A DNA stretch of 64,000 nucleotides, from NCBI RefSeq assembly GCF_021028975.2, contig NC_059431.1, positions 81,344,001 to 81,408,000 of the forward strand, read 5' to 3'. Positions 35,226 to 48,320 of the stretch are shown piece after piece. Under the pieces are notes generated by a model that ran no database searches, was not told where the DNA came from, and saw only the letters and a list, made by a program, of their open reading frames with translations. The first letter of the stretch is position 1; each line of letters starts with the position of its first letter. This DNA comes from Sphaerodactylus townsendi. Taxonomy: Eukaryota. Both the position numbers and the translations under genes were made by a program.

Positions 35226-38200
35226 AATCTAGTGAGCAGAAATTTGTCATATAGTTTCCCAGGTATTGATAAGAGGTTGATCGGCCTGTGGTTTGCTGGT
35301 GAGGCATGATCACCTTTTTAAAAAATATAGGGACACCATCTCAGTTTTGCAGGGCCTGCAAGATAGAGTTATTCTGTCAGATTTATGGTTGAGGGTAGCA
35401 ATGGCATAGGTGGCCTCCCTATACCTCTTCCCTATCTTTCCCCACTCTTTCCTTTTCCTTTTTCTTTCCCCCTTCACTTTTCTTCCTTAATTCCTTTTAA
35501 TTAGAGCTGATGTTATGGTGCCATTGGGAAATTTAGTAAGAACTGATCATGAATTTTCACTATGATTTTGTTGTTGTAAGATACCCTAAGCCCATCATAG
35601 GAAAGGGTGGCCTATAAATCAAAACAAATAAATAAACAAGCAAAGATACCTGCATTTCCTTACAGCGAGATGCTTTTTTCCAGCTCCTTTTTGAGTCACA
35701 GTGCAGCAGCAAGATTTATGGTGCGCTGTCAATGAAAGCAGCCATCCTGCATCCATGCACATGTTACACTCTAGTCTGCACTGACTGCGAGTATGCCTCA
35801 GCCAAAATGCAGCACAGAGAATTCTAATCTATAGATGTAATCAAAAAGTGACTGAAATTGATTGGAAAAATTGCTACTATCCTGATACCACATATACTAA
35901 AAAAACAACCCTCAAATAAAACCAGCAGACAAATAACTCATTTAAATGTATTTTGATTGTTTCTCTGAAGCAGCACAGAGAACTGATTACAAAGAAGGAA
36001 ATAGTCACCCATCAATGGCAATCATGCAATTTTTGTTGGAAATAGAAGAGTCAGTAAATGGAGAATTCAGTGATGCTACTGGAATATACAACGCTTCCTG
36101 TAGGCAAAATATGGTAAAATGAAAAATGGGCCACTCAGCAAAGAACAAAATGTGTTTGCAGCAATGAATCTAAGCATGAAGTTGGGTTTTGAGCCTGTAG
36201 CAAGAATGAAGGAATGCTTGTTCACAACAATCCCTATTATTTGCTTTTGAGGTTGAACTCTTCCTTTCCACCACACAAACAATTCCTGATAGTGCACATT
36301 AGTGTGTAGTAAGAAATGAGTTGCATGAGATTCTTTTAATAAGGAAATTATTTCAACCACTGTTTTTAACATCCCTTGCCCTGTTCATCTTCAGTGAGCT
36401 TAATATTCTCAGTCTGAAGACAAAACATGGACTTCGAGAAAATTGAAGCCCATTGAGGCTATACTCTTTACACATGAATGTTCACTACTTGATTTCTCCT
36501 CAGCTGAATGAATCTGCATATGTGAATGGACAAAAATGCATTATAACTCCAAAAAAGCTCTGTCTTGGTCTTTAGTCTGTGATGATTCATTCAGGCTGTC
36601 ACAAAGTGGAAACCCAGTGAATACACAAAACAGGATTTAGGACTTACACAATTACCATATTATCATGTTATTAAAATAATACTAAATATAATTTATGGAA
36701 TGTGACCTGCAGCCCTAATGGAAAGAGGGTTATGAGGTTCAATAGGCCTTTAATCAGTTTTATACGTTTATGTTCCATTTCCCCTGCAGGGACCCAGGCA
36801 GAAGCCCGGTTGCCTTCCCTCCATCTCTTACCTGGGCATTGTTAACCCCAGCCTCACCCCTGGTCTCAGGGTAGTGGTCCACACCCACCAGGAGTTTGAG
36901 CCACAGGGTGACAAAGAAGGTGCTGCTTCTGGGCTACCTTCTTCCCCCACACTCTCCGCAGCTGAGCCAATAGCCCCACAAGTCCACTCTGCCTCGGTTT
37001 GCAGGCCTGGCCCTCCTTGATTCCCTCCAACAACTTTTCCTATCTCTCCCTCCTCTTCCACACTCTGTTTTCTTACACTCTGTTCCTCCACCACTCCCAC
37101 TGCCTCCTTCTCCCAAACACCAACCACCTTGTGCTCCATATCTCCTCCTCTTTTATCCCCTTGGCCCCTTCCAGTCACCCCACCTCCCAGCCAAAAGAGT
37201 CCATGGCCATGCCCCCCTTTCCAAAGCTGGGCTCTCCTTCCATTCATGCTGGGCCAGTCAGAGTTGGCCCTTCCTGGGCCGTCTTCTGTGCTCCTGGCAC
37301 CGCAGCCTAGCCTCCAGGCAAGCCCCATTCCAGCTCACTCCTCCCTGCTGGGGCCTTTGGCTGGCTTGTCCGGCTGCTGGGAGAATGGGTCCTCCCCACC
37401 AGCTGCCACTGCCTGGGCAGTCTTGTGCCGGCCTCCAGGCCTCCATCTCCCTTGTTGGGATTCCCGGGCATCTCTGCCAACTCCTGCTGCCCAGGTGGTC
37501 CATGGGGCAATGGCTCATCGTCCCCCTCTCCCTCCAAGGCGATGAGTGTGGGGGTGGTACACTGGGGGTTGCAGGAGTCTGGGGAGGGGGCTGCCCCCAT
37601 TCCTGGAGAGTTTAAAATCTGGTGCCCCAATTTTTTTTAAAAAAAGAATAATTCTTACAAACACTTCAGATGTGAAAGATTAACAAATTCATTACGGCAG
37701 AGAACTCTTTCAAAAAGTAAACTTGAATGAAAGAGCTCTTTTGAATTTTCCACCAGTGCCATAGATTTACTGAAAGTCCTCAGGCAAGATGATTTTTATC
37801 AATATTGCCACCCCATTTGTAAAATAATTACTATGTCCATAATAAGGTAGGACACTAGAGATAAAAACAGCAAAATATAAAGTATGTTTAAAGAGCTACA
37901 TAAATAATTAAAATGGATTATCCTCATTGAATTGCACATGAATACAAAGCTCTGTAAGTCATGGGGTGCCACAGTACTTTGTATCCTGCAGAGGCATTGG
38001 AATATCTCAGCCAAAGTCACACTCGTCCTTATTTGCTAATGCACTGCATTTGTATTTTTCTAGGTCAGTTGCTAGAGAAGTTTGTCCCATTTGACCATAA
38101 TTTTCAGAATAATTATATGAATACTTACGCATCTGAAAACAACTATTGATAAGCCACTATTTAACTCCATAACTGAACCTTGCTCCAGGAGCACGGGTAA

Positions 38201-38855
38201 CAAAGCAACAATATCCACTTCCATTAGGGCAGGATTTTGAACTAAGAAGTGACAGAAGTTTTTTAACTCTTTGTTATTTTGGCACTTTTAGGTTGCCTTT
38301 CACCACTTTTCCCCCTCTCCCATCTTCTAAATGTGTGTTTGCACACATAAACATATGTCAGAAATCCCACAAATGGGATTTGTGGAAGGTGGAAGAAACT
38401 GCAGCAAATTGCCCCCTTCCAAGGTTGCTTTTCTAGACACTCTGGGTATCTTCCTAACAGGCACAACTGCTCAGTCCACTTTTTTTCCTAACTCTAGGTC
38501 AGAGTTAAACAAATTTTGGTGCCCTTTACCTCAGCTAAGAGGCAGGCTGATTGATCTGGAATTGCAAGCGTAACTCACTGCAAGTACTTTAGTTATCCAG
38601 CAGCTTTACAGCTTAATGTTTTCACTTTACTCAGTCAATGCAGGGGTGGAAAGGAAGAGCAATGTAGTCCTGTGACTCTTTCCTATGACAACAACTTCCA
38701 GCATAGTGACATTGCTCTTATCGCAATGTGAACTACCCAGTATGTTTGTGTGGGAAAATTAGAACATATACAACACAGAAAAGATGACATTCTTTAGCTT
38801 TGAAATGTATGCTGCAATCAACATGACCTTTCTTCAGTGGCAGGGTAATATCAGA

Positions 38856-38994
38856 AAGAAGTCTTGTGGCACCTAAAAGGCTTATCCCTATTAAAGCATA
38901 AGTTTTCATGCACTGGAACCCACTATATTGGATGAATGAAGCAAATGTATACATTCATGTAATGAAGTGGGTTCTAGTCCACAAAAGCTTATCC
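38856..38994. mobile_element. Degraded Penelope-derived inverted repeat with a decayed hammerhead-like motif
   Basis: gcataagttttcatgcactggaacccact ... aatgaagtgggttctagtccacaaaagcttatc. Confidence 0.55.
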
Positions 38995-38997
38995 TTT

Positions 38998-40823
38998 GGC
39001 CCTTTCTGCACAGGCCATGTGGGTGAGGGTGCACTGGCATAGCCTATGCCAGTGCACTCCTGGGGCGGTTCTCATCAACGGCCCCGCTGGCCCAGCAGCC
39101 AGCAGCATGGCCTCCATACAGGCTGCACTGCTCCCAGTGCCTTTTTATCTCCTGCTTGCTCTCATCGCTCTGTGGAGGCCAAGGGTCATTCCCCCACAGC
39201 CATAGCAACACCTCCAGCAGGGGCGTAATGAGGCAGCCCTGGGCAAACTGTAGCCCCGGGCAAAACCTGAGTTGGATGCCCCCCCCCCCATGGGCAGCCA
39301 CTCCACCACAACCAAATTTTTTTTGCACCAGGACATTGGTGCCTGCAGGGGTGCACTTTTAGACATATTAGCACCAAAATTTCAGCATATCATCAGGAGA
39401 CTGTCCTTATGCTACTCCCCAAGTTTGGTGAGGTTTGGTTCAAGGAGTCCAAAGTTATGGACTCCCAAAGGGGGTGCCCCATCCCCCATTGTTTCCAATG
39501 GGAGCTAACAGATGGGGGCTACAGTTTTGAGGGTCCATAACTTTGGCCCCCCTGAACCAAACTGCACCAAACCTGGGGGGTATCATTAGGGAAGTCTCCT
39601 GATGAGACCCCGAAAGTTTTGAGACTGTGCCTTCAGAATGTGCCCCCCCCCCAGCTTGCAACACCCATTGACAGCAATGCAGAAAACTCAATGCAGAACA
39701 AAGATTCTTGGGCAAATATATAGGATGTTCCTGAAGGGGGTGCATTTTTGGATGTATCAGCACCAAAATGTCAGGGTATCATCTGGAAACTATCCTAATG
39801 GGACCCACCAAGTTTGGTGCAGTTTGGTTTTGGGAGTCCAAAGTTATGGACCCTCAAATGGGGTACACCATCCCACATTCTTTGCTAAGGAGATGGGGGC
39901 TACCCTTTTGAAGGTCCATAACTTTGGACCCCCTGAACCAAACTGCACCAAACATTGGGGGTGCCATCATGACAGTCTCCAGATGATACCCTGAAATTTT
40001 GGTGCTGATACGTCCAAGAATGCCCTCCCTGCAAGAACATCCCGAAATTTGCCCAAGAATCTTTGTTCTGCATTGAGTTTTCTGCATTGCTGTCAATGGG
40101 TGTTGCAAGCTGGGGGGGGCACATTTCTGAAGGCACAGTCTCAAAACTTTCAGGATCTCATCAGGAGTCTGCCCTAATGATACTCCCCAGGTTTGGTGCA
40201 GTTTGGTTCAGGGGGGCCAAAGTTATAGACCCTCAAAACTGTAGCCCCCATCTCCTATTAGCTCCCATTGAAAACAATGGGGGATGGGGCACCCCCTTTG
40301 GGAGTCCATAACTTTGGACTCCCTGAACCAAACCTCACCAAACCTGTGAGGTAGCATAAGGACAGTCCCCTGATGATACGCTGAAATTCTGGTGCCGCTA
40401 GCCTAAAAACCGCGCCCCCTGCAGGCCGAAAATGGAAAACCACTAAAATACCCAAAAACGAACCGAGCATTTTGATGCCCCCCACAAGGTGATGCCCTGG
40501 GCAGCTGCCCACCTTGCCCAATGGGCATTATGCCAGTGACCTCCAGGGTCAGAGGCTTGTCTCCTGGCTCCACAGAGTGACCGGAGTGACAGGAGGTAAA
40601 AGGGGACCAGGAGCAGTGCGGGGAAAACACTGGCTTCCACCTGATGCCGTTCGCTTGGCACCGGGTGGAAGCCAGTGTTTTCAAAAAGACTCGCTCAATG
40701 AGCAAGTTGAGAAAATGCCGTTGTGCGGGGGGAAACACCGGTACCATTGCTGTGTGATCTTCTCCCCCACAATAGCATTTTTACCAGTCCCACACTGGTC
40801 TAAATGGCCTGTGAGAAAGGGCT
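38998..40823. mobile_element. Older PIF/Harbinger-like MITE interrupted by a hAT insertion
   Basis: Termini ggccctttctgcacaggccat / atggcctgtgagaaagggct, with ttt on both flanks. About 500 bp once the insertion is removed. Confidence 0.75.
39218..40538. mobile_element. Non-autonomous hAT element, 1321 bp, nested insertion
   Basis: TIR caggggcgtaatg / cattatgccagtg. Exact 8-bp TSD acctccag (39210-39217, 40539-40546). Large internal palindrome. Confidence 0.9.
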
Positions 40824-42653
40824 TTTGATCCATCTGTTAATTGTTAAGTTCCCACAAGATTCCATTTTTAAGTTTTGCTGTAGCAGATAAACATGGTTAC
40901 CACATTAGAATCTGTTATATCAGAGTGACAGACTTGCACCACAGTAGACAATGGTGCAGTCAAACTCAAGCAAAGAAGCTGGTAAGTTATGTTTTATATG
41001 AATTTTCCTCCTTCAGTTGCTGTTGAGAACCAACATATATGTATCACATGATGGGTTAGTTTGAGAGGGGTGAAGGTAGTGAGACTGCTCTTGGTTTCAC
41101 TCAAAGCAGCCAGACTTCATTCCCCAAAACTAGAATTTAGCAAGCTTTTCATAGGCAGTGTTCATAGGTTATGATGATTTATAAGCTAGTGTTCTTCTAA
41201 GCCTATGGTCTGTAGAACTTTGTACACTTGAAAGTGGAATGAAGCAAAACAGCCATTCTGTAGCATATAAACAAGGCTAGTGATTAAGAATGTATGTGGC
41301 ACATCTTTCACCACATGTTAACCATGGTCAAACCCATCCTGTTTGGGATCCAAGAAAAGAACCCCAGACCAAATGGTATGACTTCCAGGAAGTCTCAGAC
41401 ACCAACAGTTAAGTTAGTTGATCTCAGGAGATCTCAGAATAAAATGGGATTTTTTTTCTTGCAAGAGAGGTAAGATGGAGAGGCAGGTATGCATTTGAAG
41501 AAGGGCTAGAGGAAAAACAATCTAATGTAGTATTTTGTCACCTTGCTGTGAAAGTGAGGTGTGCATGCAGTACCTTAGGTAATCTGTGCCAACAAGGGCA
41601 TTAAAGACCTCACACCTCATTCTGTCTGAAGATCTGCAATTGTATGTAACTTAATGAAAACATAAAGAAAAGTAGGTACTCATTAGGTGGCCTCCAAACA
41701 AATGCAAAGAGGCACTTAAACCAGTCCTGCTGGGCTCTTTTCCTACATTAACTGGAAGATTTCCAAACCTGTTCACTTCATCTTTAATTGAAACTCTGAA
41801 ATGAGCTATTTGGCTGTGGTGAAAAACTCTCTGACTCTAGTCTCCCTCATGAATTAGCACAGCTGACCCTGCTCTACTCAGCTGCCTGCATACTAACTGG
41901 GTGATCAATGTTTTTTTTTTAATGCTGAAAATGTGTCGGCATGCTGTACTGTGAAAGTCCCGTTGTTCTTCTTTCTTTGAGTAATTAGCAATCAAAATGG
42001 GAGTTGGTGTGTGTGCACGGGTTTTAAAGAGCAACTTCCCAGTTCTCATTAATCATCAGCGATCGGCTGCTAAATCTCCAAGGATACCATCTTCCTGCAC
42101 AGGCGCACTGTGTTGGTTTTCTAAGGCTACCTACTGAAAAGTGGCTGGCTGTGCCAACAATAGGGCCTCTGCTGAAGCCACTTATTTGGCTTTAGTACTC
42201 TGCAATTTCCTTCACAGGACTGATGCAAACAAAGTCTGATTTTCATTTCTGGAATTTAAATTTCAAGGACTCATTGATAAAAGGCAGTTTTAGTATCAGA
42301 ATAATTAGTACTTCGACAGCATTTTACGTGTTCAGAGTGCAGTACAAAAATTAACTAATTGATCTACACAGTCCCATAGAATGAGAGCGGGGAAATGAAG
42401 AATGGCACACACACACACTGTGCATAATGAAATAATTTGAGCATGCCTAAAGGTATCAATGTAAGGCTTGTTAATTAAACCAATTCCTTAAATTTGTTTT
42501 CCATTTTTCAGTTTTTTCAGTTTTCTCTTAATGTGGCATCATGGACAATGTCTATGACTGGTCACTGATTATTTCCCATGTAAGGCTGACTTCCATAGTA
42601 TAATGACATAATTGTGTCATTTTAACATACCTCTCTAGAACTTAAGGAACTCT

Positions 42654-42837
42654 AGAGTGGTAAGCTGCAGAACTCCAGTCAAAGCTCTGCTCATGACCTG
42701 AGTTTGCCGTTGCCTGTCCCAGTGTAGAAAACCTAGACCTCCTTATTGGTCTCCCACCTGAGTCCTAACCAACACTAATGCTGCTTAGCTTTTGAGATCT
42801 GACAAGATTGGGCTACCCTGGACTATCCAGATCAGGT
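42654..42837. mobile_element. Sauria SINE head (plus) fused to a 5S-derived SINE fragment (minus)
   Basis: agagtggtaagctgcagaactccagtcaaagctctgctcatgacctgagtt is immediately followed by gtttgccgttgcc..ggtctccca..ctgcttagcttttgagatctgacaagattgggcta. Confidence 0.65.
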
Positions 42838-42912
42838 CAGTCACTGGTGCCTCTCCATAATTGTTAGAGGTAGCAGTTATACTTACTGAAAATATTGATC
42901 TCCCTTTCAATT

Positions 42913-43215
42913 GAAGAAGAAGAAGAGTTGGATTTATATCACCCCTTTCTCTCCTGTAAGGAAACTCAAAGGGGCTTAAAAACTCCTTTCCCTTTCCCCA
43001 CTCACAACAAACACCCTGTGAGGTAGGTGGGGCTGAGAGAGCTCCAAAGAACTGCGACTAGCCCAAGGTCACCCAGCTGGCATGTGTTGGGAGTGCACAA
43101 GCTAACCTAGTTCACCAGATAAGCCTCCACAGCTCAGGTGGCAGAGCCGGGAATCAAACCCGATTCTTCAGATTAGAGTGCACCTGCTCTTAATCACTAT
43201 ACCATGCTAGCTCTC
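42913..43215 (-). mobile_element. Squam3-like CORE-SINE, near full length
   Basis: Minus-strand A box tagcatggtatagtgattaagagc, B-box-like gggtttgattccc, CORE domain, (CTT)n tail. Confidence 0.88.
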
Positions 43216-43644
43216 ATATCAAAGAGACTGGGAATCCTTCAGGCATCTTAGACTTGCTGCCTTAAAAAGCCTCCATTCTCAGCCTGCTGTGCTGTTTCTA
43301 CCATTCTCAAGGAGTGACAAGAGACAGGACAGGGACATGAACAGTGCAGCAGACTCAGGACAAAAAATTCCTCCCATCTGTTCCCCTCCCTTTCAGTAAG
43401 AAGGAAACCCCAGAAATATCATTGGGAAACCCTCCAAATAGAAAAAATTTGCTTAAGAGATCAAAGTCTTTCCTGATTAGGATCAAACAAAGGAAGGAAG
43501 AAGTGCCACCCCTTCATCATAGTGCCACAAGGGGCTGCTTGCTCTCTGCTAAGAGCTGACCTGCCAGCACCCTTCACTGTCCATAACTGTGTGTCAGGCA
43601 ACATTCTGAATTAACAACTTCCAAAGCATCCTGCTGTTAACAGC

Positions 43645-43724
43645 CATGCTCAGGTCTTGCAAACTGAAGTCTGTGGCTGTCTTTGTTGAGTCAATCCATC
43701 TCATGTTGGGGCTTCCACTTTTTT
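43645..43724 (-). mobile_element. RTE/BovB LINE 3' fragment
   Basis: The minus strand encodes GSPNMRWIDSTKTATDFSLQDLS, typical of the RTE ORF end (GRP..RW.D). Confidence 0.65.
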
Positions 43725-46539
43725 AAACAAATACTCTAAAATACTCCATTTTAGAAATGGTATTTATCACCACATTAAACTGCTTAGCTGATGGATATGA
43801 CAAATATTGTGAATTGTTGCTCACCCTTACATATTTACAGCTGAATCAATTCATAAGCCAATCCATACTATGTGTGTAGTGTGTAAGAATTCAGTTCATC
43901 TTAGAGGTGCTGACAGAGTGCATAACTTGCTACATTAACTCTCTTCTGTGAGACTTTAATTCCATCCTTTTCCTCTCTCCCAACTGCAAGTGCTTTAAGG
44001 TTTTGATTTTTCCACAGTTAACATCACAAACACGAACAGATCCATTTTCAGCTTAGGAGAAACCACCCTGAATTGATGTTTCAGCTGTCTTTATAACAAT
44101 GTTAAATGGTTGGAAACTGTCGAAGTGAGAGACTTTTACTTCACGTTGTTAGTGAATGGTGTAAACAGTATTGATCTTCTATGAAGTACAGAAACAGTCA
44201 CCACATGATTTAAAGTGTAAATACCTATTTGGTTTCATTTGGGGCCTTTATATAAACTTTCAAAAGGTGTGTGGTGGATGGGAGTGGAGGAGTTTCCTGT
44301 TTCACAGAGATCCTTTTAAAGTCCACATCGTTCCCTCACTTGTCATACAGGCAGAACCATTTCTCTTTCATCATTAAAGACTAGAATTCTCTGGAAGAAG
44401 AAAAAGGGCAGGGATGGACCTCTTGTAAAAGTCAAAACGCAGAGCTGAGCAAGAAGCAGAAAAAGAGGCTTCAAAGTTACAGCCAAATGCTACTAGGAAA
44501 ACCCAGAGACACCTGAAGGCAAAGCTTGATGTCTTCAAAGCTTGCCACATCCTTGTCTTTGAGGCTCTTTTTTATGGTATATATTGAGATCACAAAGCCA
44601 GCACAATGAGTGATGAGACAAAAAAACTTTCCAAGTCTCTGAAAAACTAAAAAAAATGGTCCCAGGGTGGTGGAAGGAAAAAATAACAACTTGTAAAGAC
44701 CCAATGATGAGAGATAAAGAAAATCCCTTCAGTCATGTTTTTTTTTAAAAAACTCAGGTGAGGATGAGGATAATAAATGAATTAAGCCTTCTACCTATTA
44801 TCTAAGGATATATTTATCATTAAAAAAATCTATAGGTATGCCCAAGAAAGAACAGCTCTTAGCTATGGTGTCGACAACTTTATGAAGAATGAAATCTTTG
44901 ATTGTCTATATTTGGAACAAGTCTATGGCTCGACTAGGAAACTGATTCATCGGGGATAAAAGCAATATCTTTGAAACAGCAGCTTTTGGGAGTGCAAGGT
45001 TTAAAACATTTGAAAATGCTACCAAACTGTGAGGCTTAGTTGTTTTGAAAAAGTAAAGGACACTGTTCATTTCTAAGAGAAAAAACATGTCTTGGTGTAC
45101 CTTATTTAGGGGACCTGTGCAAGATTGCAATGTAAACTGACAATAAAAGAGATGAATTAGAATAACTGGCTGTTTAGTTATGAAGATTAAATAGCCTTTT
45201 ATTGTAGATGTTTGCCAATGAAAATGCTCCCCAGTGGAAGACTCAAAGAAGGTAAGATAGATTTGATGAGGATTTTAATTGCTGCTATGCAACTCGTAAT
45301 GGAAAATTCTTATTAAATGTTATGCAGGAGCCAATCAATAATTTGAAGGAAGAAAGAGCCTTTGTTGCCAATATCTCAGGCAGTTTTGTAACTATATTTA
45401 GCCACCAGGAAAAATAATTCTTCATTTCTCCCTTTTCATATTCCCACCTCATTGTGGATTGCTTTATTTTTTGTGAGGGCCCATTTGTTTAATATGGCCA
45501 AATAGCTTGTTGCTTTGGTAAGGAGAAACAAAAGAGCAGCGAAGATTAGAGAGACAGAGAACACATCCTGAGTGCTTATGAAATAAACTAATGGAGCCTT
45601 GTTTACATCTCTGGGCTCCCACAAATTATTCTGCTAATTGCTTGGAATTGTTTTACATCTCTCTGAAAAATACACCTGAATTTAAACACCACTCTAATCA
45701 CATTTGTAAGTATTCACCAACTTGCCCCTTCATGTGAATAGTGGAAGATACATGACAACTCTGTGTGAGAAAATTCTCATACAGGGACCCTCCCAGCTAT
45801 GATGGTTTCTTAATAGAAGCTGTGATCAATGGAAAGGGTTAGGAGACACTGTATTTGTCAAAGTATGTTATCTGAGGTAAGGCTTAGGCCAGTGAAATTA
45901 TTTGACTAGAATAGAATAGGGAACATATTGGGGTTTTTTACCTGACATTTATATTCCTTGTCCCCTGAGGGGCCAGGAGGGAGGACTTTTGGAAAGGCTC
46001 CCTTCATGGTATGAGTCCTCATGACAGTCATTAATTATTATTTTTCAGTCTCCCCTTTTACTTGTAATTAGTGTAGTACTAGTTTTAATGGCTTCTCCAA
46101 ATCCTATAATTTTCCTCATCAGCCTTGTTTTACTGATGTTTGAGTCACATTGCCTAGCTCTGATTCTCTGCTCAAACCACTCCTTTCTGCCTCATAATAC
46201 ACTCCTCAGTACAAACTTTTAGATAAGCCTGTTCTCTTGATGCATATCCATGACAAAAGCCAGCTTGGATTATAGATGCGTTTTGATGTCACTGAACATG
46301 CCTACATGTCTCCTGCCTTGAGGGAGGGAAAATTACAATTTTGAAAACATGGAAACATGTGGGAATTGTAATAAACAACACAATGATGCTCCTTTGAAGG
46401 TGGACAGCTCCCTAGCAGGCAGTCCTAATTGTTGCAATAGCTTTTAGGTGTTCTAATGCATTCAAGTGAATTAGGCATCACACTGCTTCTGAATGACAAC
46501 AGCCATTTCTGACTCCATTAATATGGAAGATTTCAGTCA

Positions 46540-46727
46540 NNNNNNNNNNNNNNNNNNNNNNNNNNNNNNNNNNNNNNNNNNNNNNNNNNNNNNNNNNNNN
46601 NNNNNNNNNNNNNNNNNNNNNNNNNNNNNNNNNNNNNNNNNNNNNNNNNNNNNNNNNNNNNNNNNNNNNNNNNNNNNNNNNNNNNNNNNNNNNNNNNNNN
46701 NNNNNNNNNNNNNNNNNNNNNNNNNNN
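46540..46727. other. Assembly gap (188 N)
   Basis: Run of N. Confidence 1.
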
Positions 46728-48129
46728 CAAGAACCTGTCATTAAGGGTACACTTACATTTTACTTTAAGTGACTACCTGCTTTTTTGAGAAGGCCCCTGT
46801 TAGGGATTCTGCTGCTATGAGGGACTATAGTAGAAATTAGCTACAATTTCTATGACTCGTAAGGTTAAAAGTTCCATAAAACCCAAAGGGATAGGCATTT
46901 TAGTTTTGAATGGCTCCCTCCCTTCCACCAAACACCTCTGCCTATTACTGAAACAGAGATCTAATTGGAATAGTTTCCCTTCACAAATGGACAGCACGCT
47001 CCCGCTACTCCCATATTTGTGCGCTATCAAGTGTGATAATTTATTTTTATTTCCTGTATTTACAGAGTAATCCTAAATAAAGTTACATCCTTCTAAGCTC
47101 ACTGACTTCAATAGACTGAAAAGGGTGTGATTCTGTTCAATATGGTGCTGCTATATTGTGTGTGTGTATGGGAGGGGTTTTTTCCATAAGTTTGCATAAG
47201 CTAAAAAACAAGCGCCGTAACACAAAATACAAATAGAATCCATGGGCCGCAATAATAAACAGATCAAAGAGCTTAATGAAGACACCATTCAACAAAAAAG
47301 AGTTTTAGCATAACCACCACCAACTAACAGCAGCAGCTAACTAAATTTCAAACACCATCTGAAATAACATTTTGCTTACCAGATGCAACAAGGAAATGTA
47401 ATGTGGAGGGGGGCAAAAAGAAGTTACCTGTGCAAGCTTGCATGCACCCAGCATGAGCAGTCCCACTATAGCTGCATACCAATATAATGCCCTCCTAGCT
47501 ATGGATCTCTGCCTTGTACATACAGTGTTTGAGGACTTTGTGTAAATCAAATGCTTGTGTGCACGCAACATCTCATAGCTCAGTTTTTCTGTCCTGCTGC
47601 ACGATCACATTTGAATCAGGCCTAGGGATAGAGGGATTGAGACAGATCTCCTTGAGGCTAAATTTCACAATCTTAGTCCTACATACATACCAACACACAC
47701 ATACCCCACCACCACCTTGTGTAGCCATTCATTGGATTTTCACCAGTGCAGATACTTGGTGTTGGGCCTTGGGAAAGAATTTCAGGTGTTCCTATGGGAA
47801 GTGCTTTAACGTAAAAATCAGCACTTTGGACTGGGCCTTAAATTCAGCTTGAAATCTGTTAAGTGGCTTCCATTTTCTATGCAACCCCAGTTAACAATGT
47901 GGCAACTGTGATCTTCTGGGAAAGCTGTAGTTTCTAAGCATTTTTCAAAGTCATGGAACAGAAACTACTGTGGCAGCCATGTCACATGATCTTAGCAGGT
48001 CAAAATGGGGTGGGGGGAAGAGACCTGTTTGGTTTTCTATCAATCAAAATATTATTCCGGACTGCCTGGACTGATTAGGGTAGGTTATAACTCGAAGCTC
48101 AGAGGCTGAATCCAGGCAATTCCATCGTT

Positions 48130-48320
48130 TACGGCCAATTGGCCATGCTGGTGGCTGATGGGAATTGTGTTCCTGCGGCATCTCCAGAGTCAGCAGGTTC
48201 CTCACCCCCGGAACTACAACTCCTACCACTCTATCAGCATAGCCTGTCTGGCCATGCTGGGGCTGATGGGAACCCAGAAGCCCTGAACATCTGGAGAGCC
48301 GCAGGTTCCCTACCCCTGGC
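48130..48320. mobile_element. hAT Charlie-type MITE fragments
   Basis: ggccatgctggtggctgatgggaattgt and gaacatctggagagccgcaggttccctacccctg resemble 32532-32670. Confidence 0.7.

Noticed and set aside
46478-46744. ORFs made of X residues
   Set aside because: Artefact of translating the N gap.
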